Part shown: piece after piece, positions 1 through 11,992 of the stretch | How positions within the stretch are numbered: the stretch's first letter is position 1 | Layout: every line of letters starts with the position of its first letter | NCBI GenBank assembly: GCA_004284765.1 | Contig: NQJD01000018.1 | Location: 1-32,000 of the forward strand | Length of the DNA: 32,000 nucleotides | Reading direction: 5' to 3' | Origin: Candidatus Electronema aureum | GTDB taxonomy: Bacteria; Desulfobacterota; Desulfobulbia; Desulfobulbales; Desulfobulbaceae | Translations under genes and position numbers: made by a program | The notes under the pieces: model-generated | The model's input: the letters and a program-made list of their open reading frames with translations, nothing else | What the model was told of the DNA's origin: nothing | Databases searched by the model: none

Positions 1-250
1 AAATTCCCAAAAATTCTCTTGTTGTGATGGACAACGCAAGTTTTCATAAATCAGAAAAAACGAAGGAGCTTGTGAAAAAGTTTTCTTGCAGGCTGCTTTT
101 TTTGCCGCCTTATTCCCCTGATTTAAACCCGATAGAAAAATTTTGGGCTTCCATGAAGGCGAAAATTAAAAAAAATAGCTGACGGCATCAAGAGTTTAAG
201 CGTTTGCGTCGAGACGATTTTCCAGACGATCTAAAAACTGAAATATTATA
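1..250 (+). mobile_element. 3' part of an IS630/Tc1-mariner-family insertion sequence (transposase C-terminus, cut by window edge)
   Basis: Frame 3 (3..182) reads IPKNSLVVMDNASFHKSEKTKELVKKFSCRLLFLPPYSPDLNPIEKFWASMKAKIKKNS*. This is the DNAxxH ... PPYSPxLNPIExxW signature of IS630 DDE transposases. The stop follows an A8 run (168..175). The tail 190..250 is repeated at 11932..11992. Confidence 0.8.
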
Positions 251-444
251 AGACTGAAAGTAGGAACAGACTGTGTACGCGAATAGCCAAAGATTTTTTG
301 CTTGAAAAGATGCCACTTGAAAAAAGCCGGTTTTCTGAGTACGATATCAGCTTTTTTTGTTGCAATTTTGTAAATTCAGATAGAGGTGGAGCGGAAGAAA
401 GGATGAAGAAGATTGCGCTCATTCATATTGGCTAAGGCGGCCTG

Positions 445-3009
445 ATGTTTCCTGTATTGCGCAACCGGCAGCAGGTGCTGGAAGACCTCTGGCAGCAGCA
501 GGGATTGAGCGGCCATGCGCTGCTGGCCCGGCACACTCAGCTGGTCGATGCCTTTCTTTGCGAGCAGTTCCAAGCTGCTCCGGCGGTGCGGCAGGCAGGC
601 GGGGCAATCGTGCTGATCGCCTTGGGCGGTTATGGCCGCAGTGAGCTGTATCCTTTTTCCGACATTGACCTGCTACTCCTTCATGATCGGGCAGCAGAAA
701 AAAAGATGCGCGAGGCGGCTGAGTCCGTCCTCTATCCGCTCTGGGACGCAGGTTTTGCCGTGGGCCACAGCGTGCGCACGGTCAAGGATGCAGTGCGTTT
801 CGCCGGGGAGGACTATCTGTTTCAAGTTGCTTTGCTTGATGCCCGCTTGCTGACCGGTTCAGAGGCACTGTTTCAGGACTTGCTGAACCTGTACCGGAAA
901 AAAGTCATTGAGGGCAGCCGGGATAAGTTTGTCCGCACCATGCACAATCTGCGAGCCGAGCGGCGGCAGAAATATGGCACGCATTCTTACCTGCTGGAGC
1001 CGCAGATCAAAGAGGGCAAGGGTGGCCTGCGCGACATTCAGGCCATGCTTTGGACGGCCAAGGCGGTCTTCGGCTTGGACGGCCTGACTGCGCTGGAAGA
1101 CTCCGGGATGCTCACTGCCGAGGAACGGAGCGGCTTTGCTACTGCGTGGGATATGCTGATCAGCATCCGCGTCCAACTGCACCGCCTCAGTCGTCGGCAG
1201 AATGACCGCTTGTTCTTTGAATATCAAGAGGAACTGGCCGCTGTCTTTGGTTGCCAAGATCAAGATGGAATGCGGGCAGTTGAGCATTTCATGCGCCAAG
1301 TCTATAGCTGCTTGCAGACCGTGGCCGTGACCACTGATCTCTTCTTTGAGCAGGTGCAGGAGAATCTCAGACTTGGCGGCAAGGATAGCCGCGAGCAGGA
1401 ACTTGAGCAGGGCATTGTTGTCCGGGCAGGCAGCCTCCGCCTGACAGCGGCTGATGCCCTGCTCGCTCAACAGCCCCATCTGCTGCTGCGGCTTTTTTTT
1501 CATGCCGGACGCAGCGGCCTGCCCGTGCATCACCGCACCCGGCAGATGATCACCCGCAGTCTGCATTTGGCGGATGAAGCCTTCCGCAGCTCAAAGCGGA
1601 CAGCCAAAACCTTTACGGTCCTGCTGCTGGCGGAGAATCCTTTGCCTGCGTTGGAGACTATGCTGGAGACTGGCCTGCTCACTGCCTATCTGCCGGAATT
1701 CGCCAAGGTGGAATCGCTGGCCCAGCACGATCTGTATCATATCTGCACGGTTGACCGCCATCAGCTTCAGACCGTCGCTGAATTAGCCAAGCTGCGCCGC
1801 ACTGAAGCGGAGCTGTCGGCGGCGGTGGCCGAGCCGCAGTTGCTCTGTCTGGCCGGGCTGCTGCACGACATCGGCAAAGGCCGGGGCGCAGATCACTCGG
1901 TGCTGGGCGCGGAATTAGTCAGCAGCATCGGCCTGCGCTTAGGTCTCGACAGCAACGAGCGCGAGCGGCTTGCCTTCCTCGTCCGCTGGCATCTCTTCCT
2001 GCCGGAGAACGCCCTGCGCCGCGACCTAAGTGACCACGCTTTCATCCGCGAGGCCGCCCGGCTGATCGGCGACCAAGATATGCTGACCATGCTCTACCTG
2101 CTCTCTATTGCCGACTCCAAGGCCACCGGCCCTTCGGCCTGGTCAGACTGGAAAGCAACGTTGCTGGCCAAGCTCTTCCTGAAGGTGCGGGCCTGCTTGG
2201 AATCCGGCTGCACGGCGGAGGAATATTGCGGTCAGAACGAAGCGCAGGGCGCAGCGTGGCTGCGCGAGCAGGCGGCGGCGCGGCTCAAACCGGGTGAAGC
2301 GATCAACATGCCGCTGGCCGAGCTGCCTGCCGATTATCTGACCAGCTTCAACCCAGAGGAAGTGGCGCAGCATCTGCGTCTGCACCGTGATCAGGCCGCG
2401 CTGCTTCAGCAAAAGGTGCTGCTCTTCCCAGAGGAACGGCAGGGGCATTGGTCGCTGCTCATTCTCTGCACTGACCGGCACGGCTTGCTGGCGAAAATCT
2501 GCGGCGTGCTGGCTCTGCACAGCCTTTCTGTGCTGGCGGCGAAGATATTCACCTGGCCGGACGGCACGGTGGTGGATGTCTTGGACGTGACCCCGATTGC
2601 TGCGTTGGAGTTTGCTGATCAGAACTGGCAGGCGTTGGAAAACGACCTTAACCGGGCAGTAAATTACCGGCTCGATGTGGGCCTGCAACTGCACAACAAG
2701 CTGGAGACCTTGAGCCGCAAGCCCGCTGTTCAGCTTGCAAAGACCGAAGCCGTGATCAGCAATGCCGCCTCAGATCAGTACACCGTGATTGAGGTTTATG
2801 GCTGCGATCATCTGGGCGCATTGTACCAGCTTACCCAAACCCTGTCCGACTTCCGCCTGAGCATCCACCGGGCGAGAATCGCCACTGAGGTCGAGCAGCT
2901 TATTGATGTATTTTATGTGACCACCGAAGACCGCCGCAAGGTTGAGGATGCCGCTTTGCTGGCGGAAATCAACCATGCGCTGCTGCACGTCATCGGCGGT
3001 AAGGCGTAG
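445..3009 (+). CDS. glnD: [protein-PII] uridylyltransferase / uridylyl-removing enzyme GlnD
   Basis: 854-aa ORF with nucleotidyltransferase motif [19 protein letters not shown], an HD domain (LLHDIGKG) and two ACT-like C-terminal repeats. It sits next to glnA. The exact start is uncertain because there is no clear SD. Confidence 0.9.
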   Translation: MFPVLRNRQQVLEDLWQQQGLSGHALLARHTQLVDAFLCEQFQAAPAVRQAGGAIVLIALGGYGRSELYPFSDIDLLLLHDRAAEKKMREAAESVLYPLWDAGFAVGHSVRTVKDAVRFAGEDYLFQVALLDARLLTGSEALFQDLLNLYRKKVIEGSRDKFVRTMHNLRAERRQKYGTHSYLLEPQIKEGKGGLRDIQAMLWTAKAVFGLDGLTALEDSGMLTAEERSGFATAWDMLISIRVQLHRLSRRQNDRLFFEYQEELAAVFGCQDQDGMRAVEHFMRQVYSCLQTVAVTTDLFFEQVQENLRLGGKDSREQELEQGIVVRAGSLRLTAADALLAQQPHLLLRLFFHAGRSGLPVHHRTRQMITRSLHLADEAFRSSKRTAKTFTVLLLAENPLPALETMLETGLLTAYLPEFAKVESLAQHDLYHICTVDRHQLQTVAELAKLRRTEAELSAAVAEPQLLCLAGLLHDIGKGRGADHSVLGAELVSSIGLRLGLDSNERERLAFLVRWHLFLPENALRRDLSDHAFIREAARLIGDQDMLTMLYLLSIADSKATGPSAWSDWKATLLAKLFLKVRACLESGCTAEEYCGQNEAQGAAWLREQAAARLKPGEAINMPLAELPADYLTSFNPEEVAQHLRLHRDQAALLQQKVLLFPEERQGHWSLLILCTDRHGLLAKICGVLALHSLSVLAAKIFTWPDGTVVDVLDVTPIAALEFADQNWQALENDLNRAVNYRLDVGLQLHNKLETLSRKPAVQLAKTEAVISNAASDQYTVIEVYGCDHLGALYQLTQTLSDFRLSIHRARIATEVEQLIDVFYVTTEDRRKVEDAALLAEINHALLHVIGGKA

Positions 3010-3067
3010 GGGCAGGCCCCCGTGCCTACCCGATTTTCTCAGGGCAACCACAGGGGGTTGCCCCTAC
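3006..3067. repeat. GC-rich imperfect inverted repeat (REP-like) overlapping the glnD stop codon
   Basis: Arm 3006..3031 (gtaggggcaggcccccgtgcctaccc) and arm 3042..3067 (gggcaaccacagggggttgcccctac) are separated by 10 nt. By hand, 19 of 26 positions are complementary and the outer 9 bp are perfect. Confidence 0.5.
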
Positions 3068-3134
3068 AATATCTGCACCTGACTGTCTGGCTCGCCAGAC
3101 GTTATTATTCACCAAGCACAAGGAGACACAAGAG

Positions 3135-4463
3135 ATGACCCGCGACGAGATTATGCAAATCATTGAGGAGCAGAATGTCCACTTCTTCCGCCTTCAGTTC
3201 GTTGACATTCTCGGCTTCATGAAGAACATCGCCGTGCCTTTGAGCCAGATTGAGAAGGCTTTGGACGGCAAGATGATGTTCGACGGCTCCTCCATTGACG
3301 GCTTCGTCCGCATCAACGAGTCCGACATGTACCTGAAGCCGGACTACAACACCTTCACCGTCCTGCCGTGGCGGAACCAGAATGGCACCAACGCGGCCCG
3401 CATCATCTGCGACGTGTACAACCCGGACGGCACCCCGTTCTCCGGCTGCCCGCGCAACAACCTGAAGCGCGTGCTGGCCGAGGCCAAGGCGATGGGTTAC
3501 ACCATGAACGTCGGCACCGAGGCCGAGTTCTTCCTCTTCGAGAAGGACGAGGAAGGCCGCGCCACCACCAAGACCAGCGACGTGGCCGGTTACTTCGACG
3601 TTGACCCGGATGACTGCGGCATCAACTGCCGCCGCGAGATCATCGAGACCTTGGAGGCAATGGGCTTCGAGATTGAGGCTTCCCATCACGAGGTTGCCGA
3701 GGGTCAGCATGAGGTCAACTTCAAGTACGCCGACGCGCTGACCGCCGCTGACAACACCGTCACCTTCAAGTGGGTTGTCCGCTCCATCGCCGCCGAGTAC
3801 GGCCTGCACGCCACCTTCATGCCCAAGCCGGTCTTCGGCATCAACGGCTCCGGGATGCACACCAACCAGTCGCTGTTCAACGCCGACGGCACCAATGCCT
3901 TCTTTGACCCGAACGGCCCGCTGCAACTGTCTGATATCGCCTATAAGTACATTGCGGGCATCAGCAAGAACGCCGCCGGTTTCGCCGCTGTCACCAATCC
4001 GTTAGTCAACTCCTACAAGCGGTTAGTTCCTGGCTATGAGGCCCCGGTTTATGTGGCTTGGTCTGCCTCCAACCGTTCAGCCATGATCCGCATTCCGGCT
4101 TCCCGTGGTTTGGGTACTCGTACCGAAGTGCGCTGCCCAGACCCAGCCTGCAACCCGTATCTGGCCTTCGCGATGATGCTGAATTCCGGTCTGGACGGCA
4201 TCAAGAACAACCTCCAGGCTCCGCCGCCAGTCAACCACGACATCTTCGAGATGACGGCTCAGGAGAAAGCCGCTGCGGGTATCGACAGCCTGCCGGGCAG
4301 CCTGAAAGAGGCCATCGAGGCCCTGAAGGTCAACCCGCTGGCCCGACCGTCCCTCGGCGACCACATCTTCGAGCGCTACATCGAGAACAAGGAGAAGGAG
4401 TGGGATGACTACCGCATCGCCATCACCGACTGGGAGATCAAACGGTATTTGAGCAACTACTAA
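3135..4463 (+). CDS. glnA: glutamine synthetase, type I (short, B. subtilis-like form)
   Basis: 442 aa. The N-terminus [10 protein letters not shown]...[23 protein letters not shown] and the rest match GS-I throughout. SD aaggaga at 3120..3126 lies 8 nt before the ATG. Confidence 0.95.
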   Translation: MTRDEIMQIIEEQNVHFFRLQFVDILGFMKNIAVPLSQIEKALDGKMMFDGSSIDGFVRINESDMYLKPDYNTFTVLPWRNQNGTNAARIICDVYNPDGTPFSGCPRNNLKRVLAEAKAMGYTMNVGTEAEFFLFEKDEEGRATTKTSDVAGYFDVDPDDCGINCRREIIETLEAMGFEIEASHHEVAEGQHEVNFKYADALTAADNTVTFKWVVRSIAAEYGLHATFMPKPVFGINGSGMHTNQSLFNADGTNAFFDPNGPLQLSDIAYKYIAGISKNAAGFAAVTNPLVNSYKRLVPGYEAPVYVAWSASNRSAMIRIPASRGLGTRTEVRCPDPACNPYLAFAMMLNSGLDGIKNNLQAPPPVNHDIFEMTAQEKAAAGIDSLPGSLKEAIEALKVNPLARPSLGDHIFERYIENKEKEWDDYRIAITDWEIKRYLSNY

Positions 4464-4499
4464 GCAGTCCGAAGGCCGAAACCGGCCTTTGCCGCTCTT

Positions 4500-4534
4500 G
4501 GGCAGCTCTCACAGGATGAGAGCTGCCCTTTTTT
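4500..4534 (+). terminator. rho-independent terminator of glnA
   Basis: An 11-bp perfect stem gggcagctctc (4500..4510) / gagagctgccc (4518..4528) with a 7-nt loop is followed by T6 (4529..4534). A smaller hairpin lies at 4472..4489. Confidence 0.8.
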
Positions 4535-4647
4535 ATGCTGCTCACGCCACTTTTAGCACCAAGCCACCCCGAATACCCGCGCTCTGTATCATCTCCGGTG
4601 GACTCTTTGCTCAGGCAGGCTGCTCTTGAACGGCGCACGGCCCCATC

Positions 4648-5091
4648 TCACCATCTCATTATGTTCAGCAGCGTCTCATGCTCCTCTGAGCCGGGCGCGG
4701 GGCCGGTTAGCACTGCCTCAATGAAGCAGTCAGGCGGTCTGTACGCGTGTCGGACAACATAATGGTAAACAAGAGCCGGAGCCACATAGACCGCCGTCGT
4801 GCCTATCACCCTGATTTCGCCGTTGCCAATGCTGAGACAAGACGCCCCTTCGCCATATTTGGCCTTTGCCTCGTCATGCCAGCCGCCGCAGAACTCGCAT
4901 TCATGATATCCCCGGCAAAGATGAACTGCATAGCGATCCAAGCAGAACTGAAACAACCGCTCCTTGAATGCCTGCGATGTCTCGCCCTGCGCAAAAGGTT
5001 CTCCCCAGCCGCCAAGCCAGCCCACATTCAGCGAATGCACATCAGGAGGACCCTCACGACATTCATAGATAGTCAAATCTTCATAGCGCAT
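4648..5091 (-). CDS. hypothetical Cys/His-rich protein (147 aa)
   Basis: ORF with SD gaaggaaag 7 nt upstream of the ATG. It contains CRGYHECEFCGGWH and GNGEIRV...YHYVVRHAYRPPDCF motifs. I do not recognise a family with confidence. Confidence 0.6.
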   Translation of the reverse strand: MRYEDLTIYECREGPPDVHSLNVGWLGGWGEPFAQGETSQAFKERLFQFCLDRYAVHLCRGYHECEFCGGWHDEAKAKYGEGASCLSIGNGEIRVIGTTAVYVAPALVYHYVVRHAYRPPDCFIEAVLTGPAPGSEEHETLLNIMRW

Positions 5092-5113
5092 GACTTGCTT
5101 TCCTTCTTGAATG

Positions 5114-5305
5114 TTACTGAGTCTTCATCACCAGCACATCCACCAGCCGGCCCGAATACCCGCTCCGTATCATCTTCACCAAATCAGCATAATTATTCAC
5201 CGTCACGTTCAGGCTGGTCAGAGCCGAGTCGGCAAAGCCCGGCAGGGTGTATGTGCCGTTGGCTGTGATCTGCACCGCCGCGCCTGCTCTGCCGCCTTCG
5301 CTCAT
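5114..5305 (-). CDS. small hypothetical protein (63 aa), or displaced C-terminus of the upstream gene
   Basis: The ATG lies 1 nt after the stop of 5307..6197 (tgacatg) in a different frame. Its frame is open only from about 5340. Confidence 0.4.
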   Translation of the reverse strand: MSEGGRAGAAVQITANGTYTLPGFADSALTSLNVTVNNYADLVKMIRSGYSGRLVDVLVMKTQ

Positions 5306-5306
5306 G

Positions 5307-6197
5307 TCAAAAGATTGACGGCCAAGGTGCCCGCGTGCAGGTCAAGGATGGCCTCTGAATGCGCACGGTTTCGTCCGCGCTTAACGTGCCGCCTGTGACA
5401 GTGACATGCGGAGTCGCGGCTTTGTCTGTCAGGATGCCGACATCAGGCGGATTGGGGTGGCCGAAATTAGTCAGCAGCAGCGGCGTGCGCAGCTTGCGGC
5501 GGTAGATGCCGGTGCGCAGGGTGCCGTTTTCGGTGTAATGAGTGGAGATGGAGACCAAGTACTCGTTGTTCCACGGGCTGGTCTGGGCGGGGATGTCCGG
5601 CAGGAGGGTGATTTCGGTGTTGGAAATTGACCCGAAGCGGCTCTGCACTGTCCTGCCGCTGCGGGTGCCTTCCAGCACGCACTCGCTGACCGCGTCATCA
5701 GGATCAAAGAAGAGATCAGTGCCGGTCAACCGCAGCAGCCCCTGGGAATTCAGCACATTATCCAGCTTGAACACCGTGTCCTGGGCAGAGCTGATCAGCG
5801 GCAGCTTCTCGGTCGGCGGCAGCCGCTCCAGCTGCGCCAGCCGCCGCACCTCCTCCAGAAAGACTTGGGAGGCAATGACCCGGACATTCAGGACTTCCTT
5901 GGTGGGCGGCAGGGGATCGTCCGGCGAGTCCAGCCGGGCGTTCAGGGAGACGCGGAAGGTGAACGCATCCTCCAGCGCGGACTGATTGCCGTTGATGAGG
6001 TCGAGCTGAATTTCCTCCACCAAGGCCTTCAGCGTGATCTTGACCATCTCCTCATCCAGCGCGGAATGCTTCTGCGCAATCCGGGTGGCCAAGTCATTGT
6101 TGCCGCTTGTGCTGCGCGGCAGATGCAGGGGCCGCCAAGACTGCGGCTTGGTCAGGGCGTTGACTTCAGGTCTCCACTGTACGGTTGCGGTTGCCAT
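5307..6197 (-). CDS. putative DNA-binding protein with HU-like N-terminal domain and DUF4469-like C-terminal region
   Basis: 296 aa with SD ggaga 6 nt upstream. The N-terminal ~100 aa (DLATRIAQKHSALDEEMVKITLKALVEEIQLDLINGNQSALEDAFTFRVSL) fit the HU-fold pattern. The segment LLRLTGTDLFFDPDD...NEYLVSISTHYTENGTLR resembles DUF4469. Assignment is by recognition only. Confidence 0.55.
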   Translation of the reverse strand: MATATVQWRPEVNALTKPQSWRPLHLPRSTSGNNDLATRIAQKHSALDEEMVKITLKALVEEIQLDLINGNQSALEDAFTFRVSLNARLDSPDDPLPPTKEVLNVRVIASQVFLEEVRRLAQLERLPPTEKLPLISSAQDTVFKLDNVLNSQGLLRLTGTDLFFDPDDAVSECVLEGTRSGRTVQSRFGSISNTEITLLPDIPAQTSPWNNEYLVSISTHYTENGTLRTGIYRRKLRTPLLLTNFGHPNPPDVGILTDKAATPHVTVTGGTLSADETVRIQRPSLTCTRAPWPSIF

Positions 6198-6304
6198 GGC
6201 TGTTCTCCGGTTAAGTTAACTGCTCGGCATACGTGTGAAACTGCCTGAACAGGCATGGTAAAGAGCGCGGCGTTTTCTGTCAACAGGAAAATATTCCTGG
6301 CAGG

Positions 6305-6419
6305 CATGTACATGGTTGGCGCAGCGTCATGCGCATGACGCTGAGAAAGTCATGCACATGAGTTTCAGACAGTCATGTACATGATCGTCAGGCAGTCATG
6401 AGCATAAGCAGTAGCTTTT
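6305..6419. repeat. five tandem 23-bp units, each starting with a CATGnnCATG-type palindrome (iteron/operator-like array)
   Basis: Units start at 6305, 6328, 6351, 6374 and 6397. They are catgtacatggttggcgcagcgt / catgcgcatgacgctgagaaagt / catgcacatgagtttcagacagt / catgtacatgatcgtcaggcagt / catgagcataagcagtagctttt. An 18-bp perfect palindrome gcgtcatgcgcatgacgc lies at 6324..6341. Confidence 0.65.
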
Positions 6420-6526
6420 TTTGCAAGCGGGCAAGATATTTCCTTGACAGGTACCACGGGGGGGGGATAGCATTCACTTCAATCTAACGAATTTTACGCT
6501 TATAAAAGTTAAACGAGGAGCAAGCC

Positions 6527-7423
6527 ATGAAGCTGACGAAAAGAGTGATGATAGTCCCAGTTGCCAGCTTATTGCTGCTGAGTGGGTGTGCCAGCCGGGT
6601 CAGCCAGTTCAAGACTTTTGGCGAAACCGGAGCAAAGTATGTTGACACCATGAATAAGTTGCTGGGTGCGTCAGGCGAGGTCTCCATTGATGCGAGTTCT
6701 GCATTGCTCATTAATCAGCGAAGTAATGCGATTATCGGAGATGCTGGTAAAGCTTACGAAGAACTTAAAGAAAGCGACAAGCTAATGGACAATCGTTTGC
6801 AGATTCTCAACGATATTGCGGAGCATAATCAACAACTCAAGTTATACTTCAAGGCCCTTGCAGGCTTGGCAGGAAGCAATGCAGGCACGGAGATTGCCAC
6901 AGGCACCAAAAGCATAGTTGATGAACTCAGCAAGCTAAATCCAAAAATCTCCAAGGCAACACTTGGCGAGGCCCCTATTGGCAGCTTGGTCGGACCAGCG
7001 ACAGAATTGGTAGTCGCCAGTTTTCAGCAGGCTGCCTTGGAGAGGGAGCTTAAGACAAATGCCAAAACTATAGAGCGGGAGCTTGCGCTTCAGGTTGCAG
7101 CCATGCAAGCAGTTGCTACTATCTGGAAATCTGATCAGAAAATCATCATTGCAGGAAATAAGAAAATCAACCAAGAGCAGTTCCTTAAAGACAATGCACT
7201 GCCAAGGAATTGGGCAGCGAATCGGAAAGCTGTCCTGACAGCCAGCACCTCTGCCGAACTTGCAGATTCAGCAAGCGAGGCAGCCAGAAAGCTGAAAGAA
7301 GCGTTCGAGATACTGGTAAGCAAAGGAGATAAGGAAAAAGTTGAAAATATTCCGCTCATCGTGAATGACCTTAACAAGGTGCTGGATCTGATAGAGCTGG
7401 TCAAGAAAGGTCCATCTGCTTAA
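6527..7423 (+). CDS. alpha-helical lipoprotein, unknown function
   Basis: 298 aa with signal peptide and lipobox (MKLTKRVMIVPVASLLLLSG|C). SD acgaggag lies upstream. G+C is clearly lower than in core genes (23/60 in line 6721). Confidence 0.75.
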   Translation: MKLTKRVMIVPVASLLLLSGCASRVSQFKTFGETGAKYVDTMNKLLGASGEVSIDASSALLINQRSNAIIGDAGKAYEELKESDKLMDNRLQILNDIAEHNQQLKLYFKALAGLAGSNAGTEIATGTKSIVDELSKLNPKISKATLGEAPIGSLVGPATELVVASFQQAALERELKTNAKTIERELALQVAAMQAVATIWKSDQKIIIAGNKKINQEQFLKDNALPRNWAANRKAVLTASTSAELADSASEAARKLKEAFEILVSKGDKEKVENIPLIVNDLNKVLDLIELVKKGPSA

Positions 7424-7466
7424 GAATTCTCTTTAGTCAATCGAATCAATGCACAAGGTGAATAAT

Positions 7467-7799
7467 ATGGAATCGTCAAAAATTCGCGCGTTGACCATAA
7501 AGTGTCTTCACGAGGCAGTCCTTGAGATGATGTCTTTCGAGTGGCATGAGGAAGTCGCCAAGCTCCCTACAGCAAAAAGGAAGAAAGTCAGCCTGCTGGT
7601 ATTGGATTGCTTCAACTGGAAGGTCAAATTGGAGAACGCCCAGCTTGAGGCTATTCTTGCTCAACTCGAGGAAAATAAAGAGGCGTTAGAGGCCGGAACA
7701 AAGAAGGTGAATGAGGCCTTAAAGAATCTTAAACAGGTGAAGGATGTTCTTGACGCAACAAGCTCACTATTGAACGTCGTCGCCAGGGTTGTGGTGTAA
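7467..7799 (+). CDS. small coiled-coil hypothetical protein
   Basis: ORF track gives 7449..7799. I prefer ATG 7467 because aaggtg lies 7 nt upstream. The C-terminal half is heptad-like (LENAQLEAILAQLEENKEALEAGTKKVNEALKNLKQVKDVL). Confidence 0.5.
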   Translation: MESSKIRALTIKCLHEAVLEMMSFEWHEEVAKLPTAKRKKVSLLVLDCFNWKVKLENAQLEAILAQLEENKEALEAGTKKVNEALKNLKQVKDVLDATSSLLNVVARVVV

Positions 7800-7937
7800 T
7801 ATAGCCTGACTGCCCTTCCTCCCCGCCTTGCTCATCGCCTAGTTCAGCGGCATCCAGTGGGTGCTTATGTGCTGGGTAATGGCAAAGGCGGGGAAGTGAG
7901 AGAGCAGCGCATAAGTTCCAGCAAGTGCGACTGTTGA

Positions 7938-11211
<3,274 letters not shown>

Positions 11212-11228
11212 GGGAGGGTGCGGCTTGA

Positions 11229-11759
11229 TTATGCAGCTAATTTCCTCCTAAAGATGGATATAACTTTATCATCTGGCTGATCAGAAGGAATATCTATTGA
11301 TGTGATCATGCTTAACAGTTTAGGTTGAATCCCAAGAGAACAAGCTATGTCGACAGGTCGTATATTTAAGTGCTTTTCTTCTAAAAGATCAAGTGACCTT
11401 CGTATCAATGTTGGCCGCTCAATTGCTATTAAATCATCGTACCATTCACCTTTGGTCTGGCCGGACTTGTTCAGAAAAACATTAGCACTTCTATACTGAA
11501 GCGATGTGATTTTATCGAAGAAGTGAGCTTTGTATATTAAAGCCTTGACGCTCATGCCCCATCTTGTTTTCAGTCTGTATATTAAATCCCAGTTTATCCT
11601 CCCTCCTTTGAAGTCAGGAAATTCTTGTAAAAAAGCATTTCTTGGAAAAATAAATGCGCTTGCGAATCGGTCAGCTTCGCTCTCTGTAATATTGTCTCCA
11701 GTTTCCATGCCATCATGCAGAACGAAATGACCACACTCGTGCGCTATAGTATTTAAGTT
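11229..11759 (-). pseudogene. 5'-truncated ImmA/IrrE-family metallopeptidase
   Basis: The frame is open only from 11759 and reads NLNTIAHECGHFVLHDGMETGDN...EADRFASAFIFP. The HExxH motif lies at 11727..11741 and only 6 codons precede it, whereas family members normally have a longer N-terminal region. Low G+C (21/60 in line 11281). Confidence 0.7.
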
Positions 11760-11815
11760 TTAAATCAGTTGTGTTATAATTTATAACCTGAGAGGTTATT
11801 TTTTTATTTAACTAA

Positions 11816-11931
11816 TAGGAGTTACGCAGTTGAAATTAGAAATTCAATTATTACAGCAACTTGTTCTTTTGCCGCACAATTCTCCAGTTGAACAAAATCA
11901 ACGGGTTGCAAAACCAACTGCGTAACTCCTA
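11816..11931. mobile_element. MITE copy 1 (116 bp including flanking TA)
   Basis: Perfect 16-nt terminal inverted repeats taggagttacgcagtt ... aactgcgtaactccta, with TA at both ends. It is homologous over its full length to 12041..12156. Confidence 0.8.
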
Positions 11932-11992
11932 AAGAGTTTAAGCGTTTGCGTCGAGACGGTTTTCCAGACGATATAAAAACTGAAGTACTATA
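11932..11992 (+). mobile_element. fragment of IS630-type transposase 3' tail
   Basis: About 60 nt match 190..250 with 4 mismatches by eye. It reads KSLSVCVETVFQTI* in the tail frame. Confidence 0.7.

Noticed and set aside
403-435. 10-codon mini-ORF (MKKIALIHIG*) with an SD upstream of glnD
   Set aside because: Too short to support from sequence alone, and there is no recognisable attenuator structure.
859-2694. Minus-strand ORFs of 235 aa and 183 aa inside glnD
   Set aside because: Shadow ORFs opposite a confidently identified 854-aa gene, with no recognisable motifs.
3068-3134. Sigma-54/NtrC-type control elements upstream of glnA (tgcacc, tggctcgccag)
   Set aside because: The GG/GC spacing does not fit TGGCAC-N5-TTGC and there is no second NtrC half-site. 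Only a small palindrome ctggc-n2-gccag is present.
3105-3926. 273-aa minus-strand ORF, plus several other 60-120-aa ORFs overlapping glnA
   Set aside because: These are antisense or off-frame shadow ORFs of a GC-rich, well-supported gene. They have a repetitive G/V/A/L-rich composition and no start context.
6305-6419. Possible CRISPR array because of regular spacing
   Set aside because: The period is only 23 nt, with ~10-14 nt conserved palindromes and no spacer-sized unique segments. No cas genes are nearby. It fits an operator or iteron array better.
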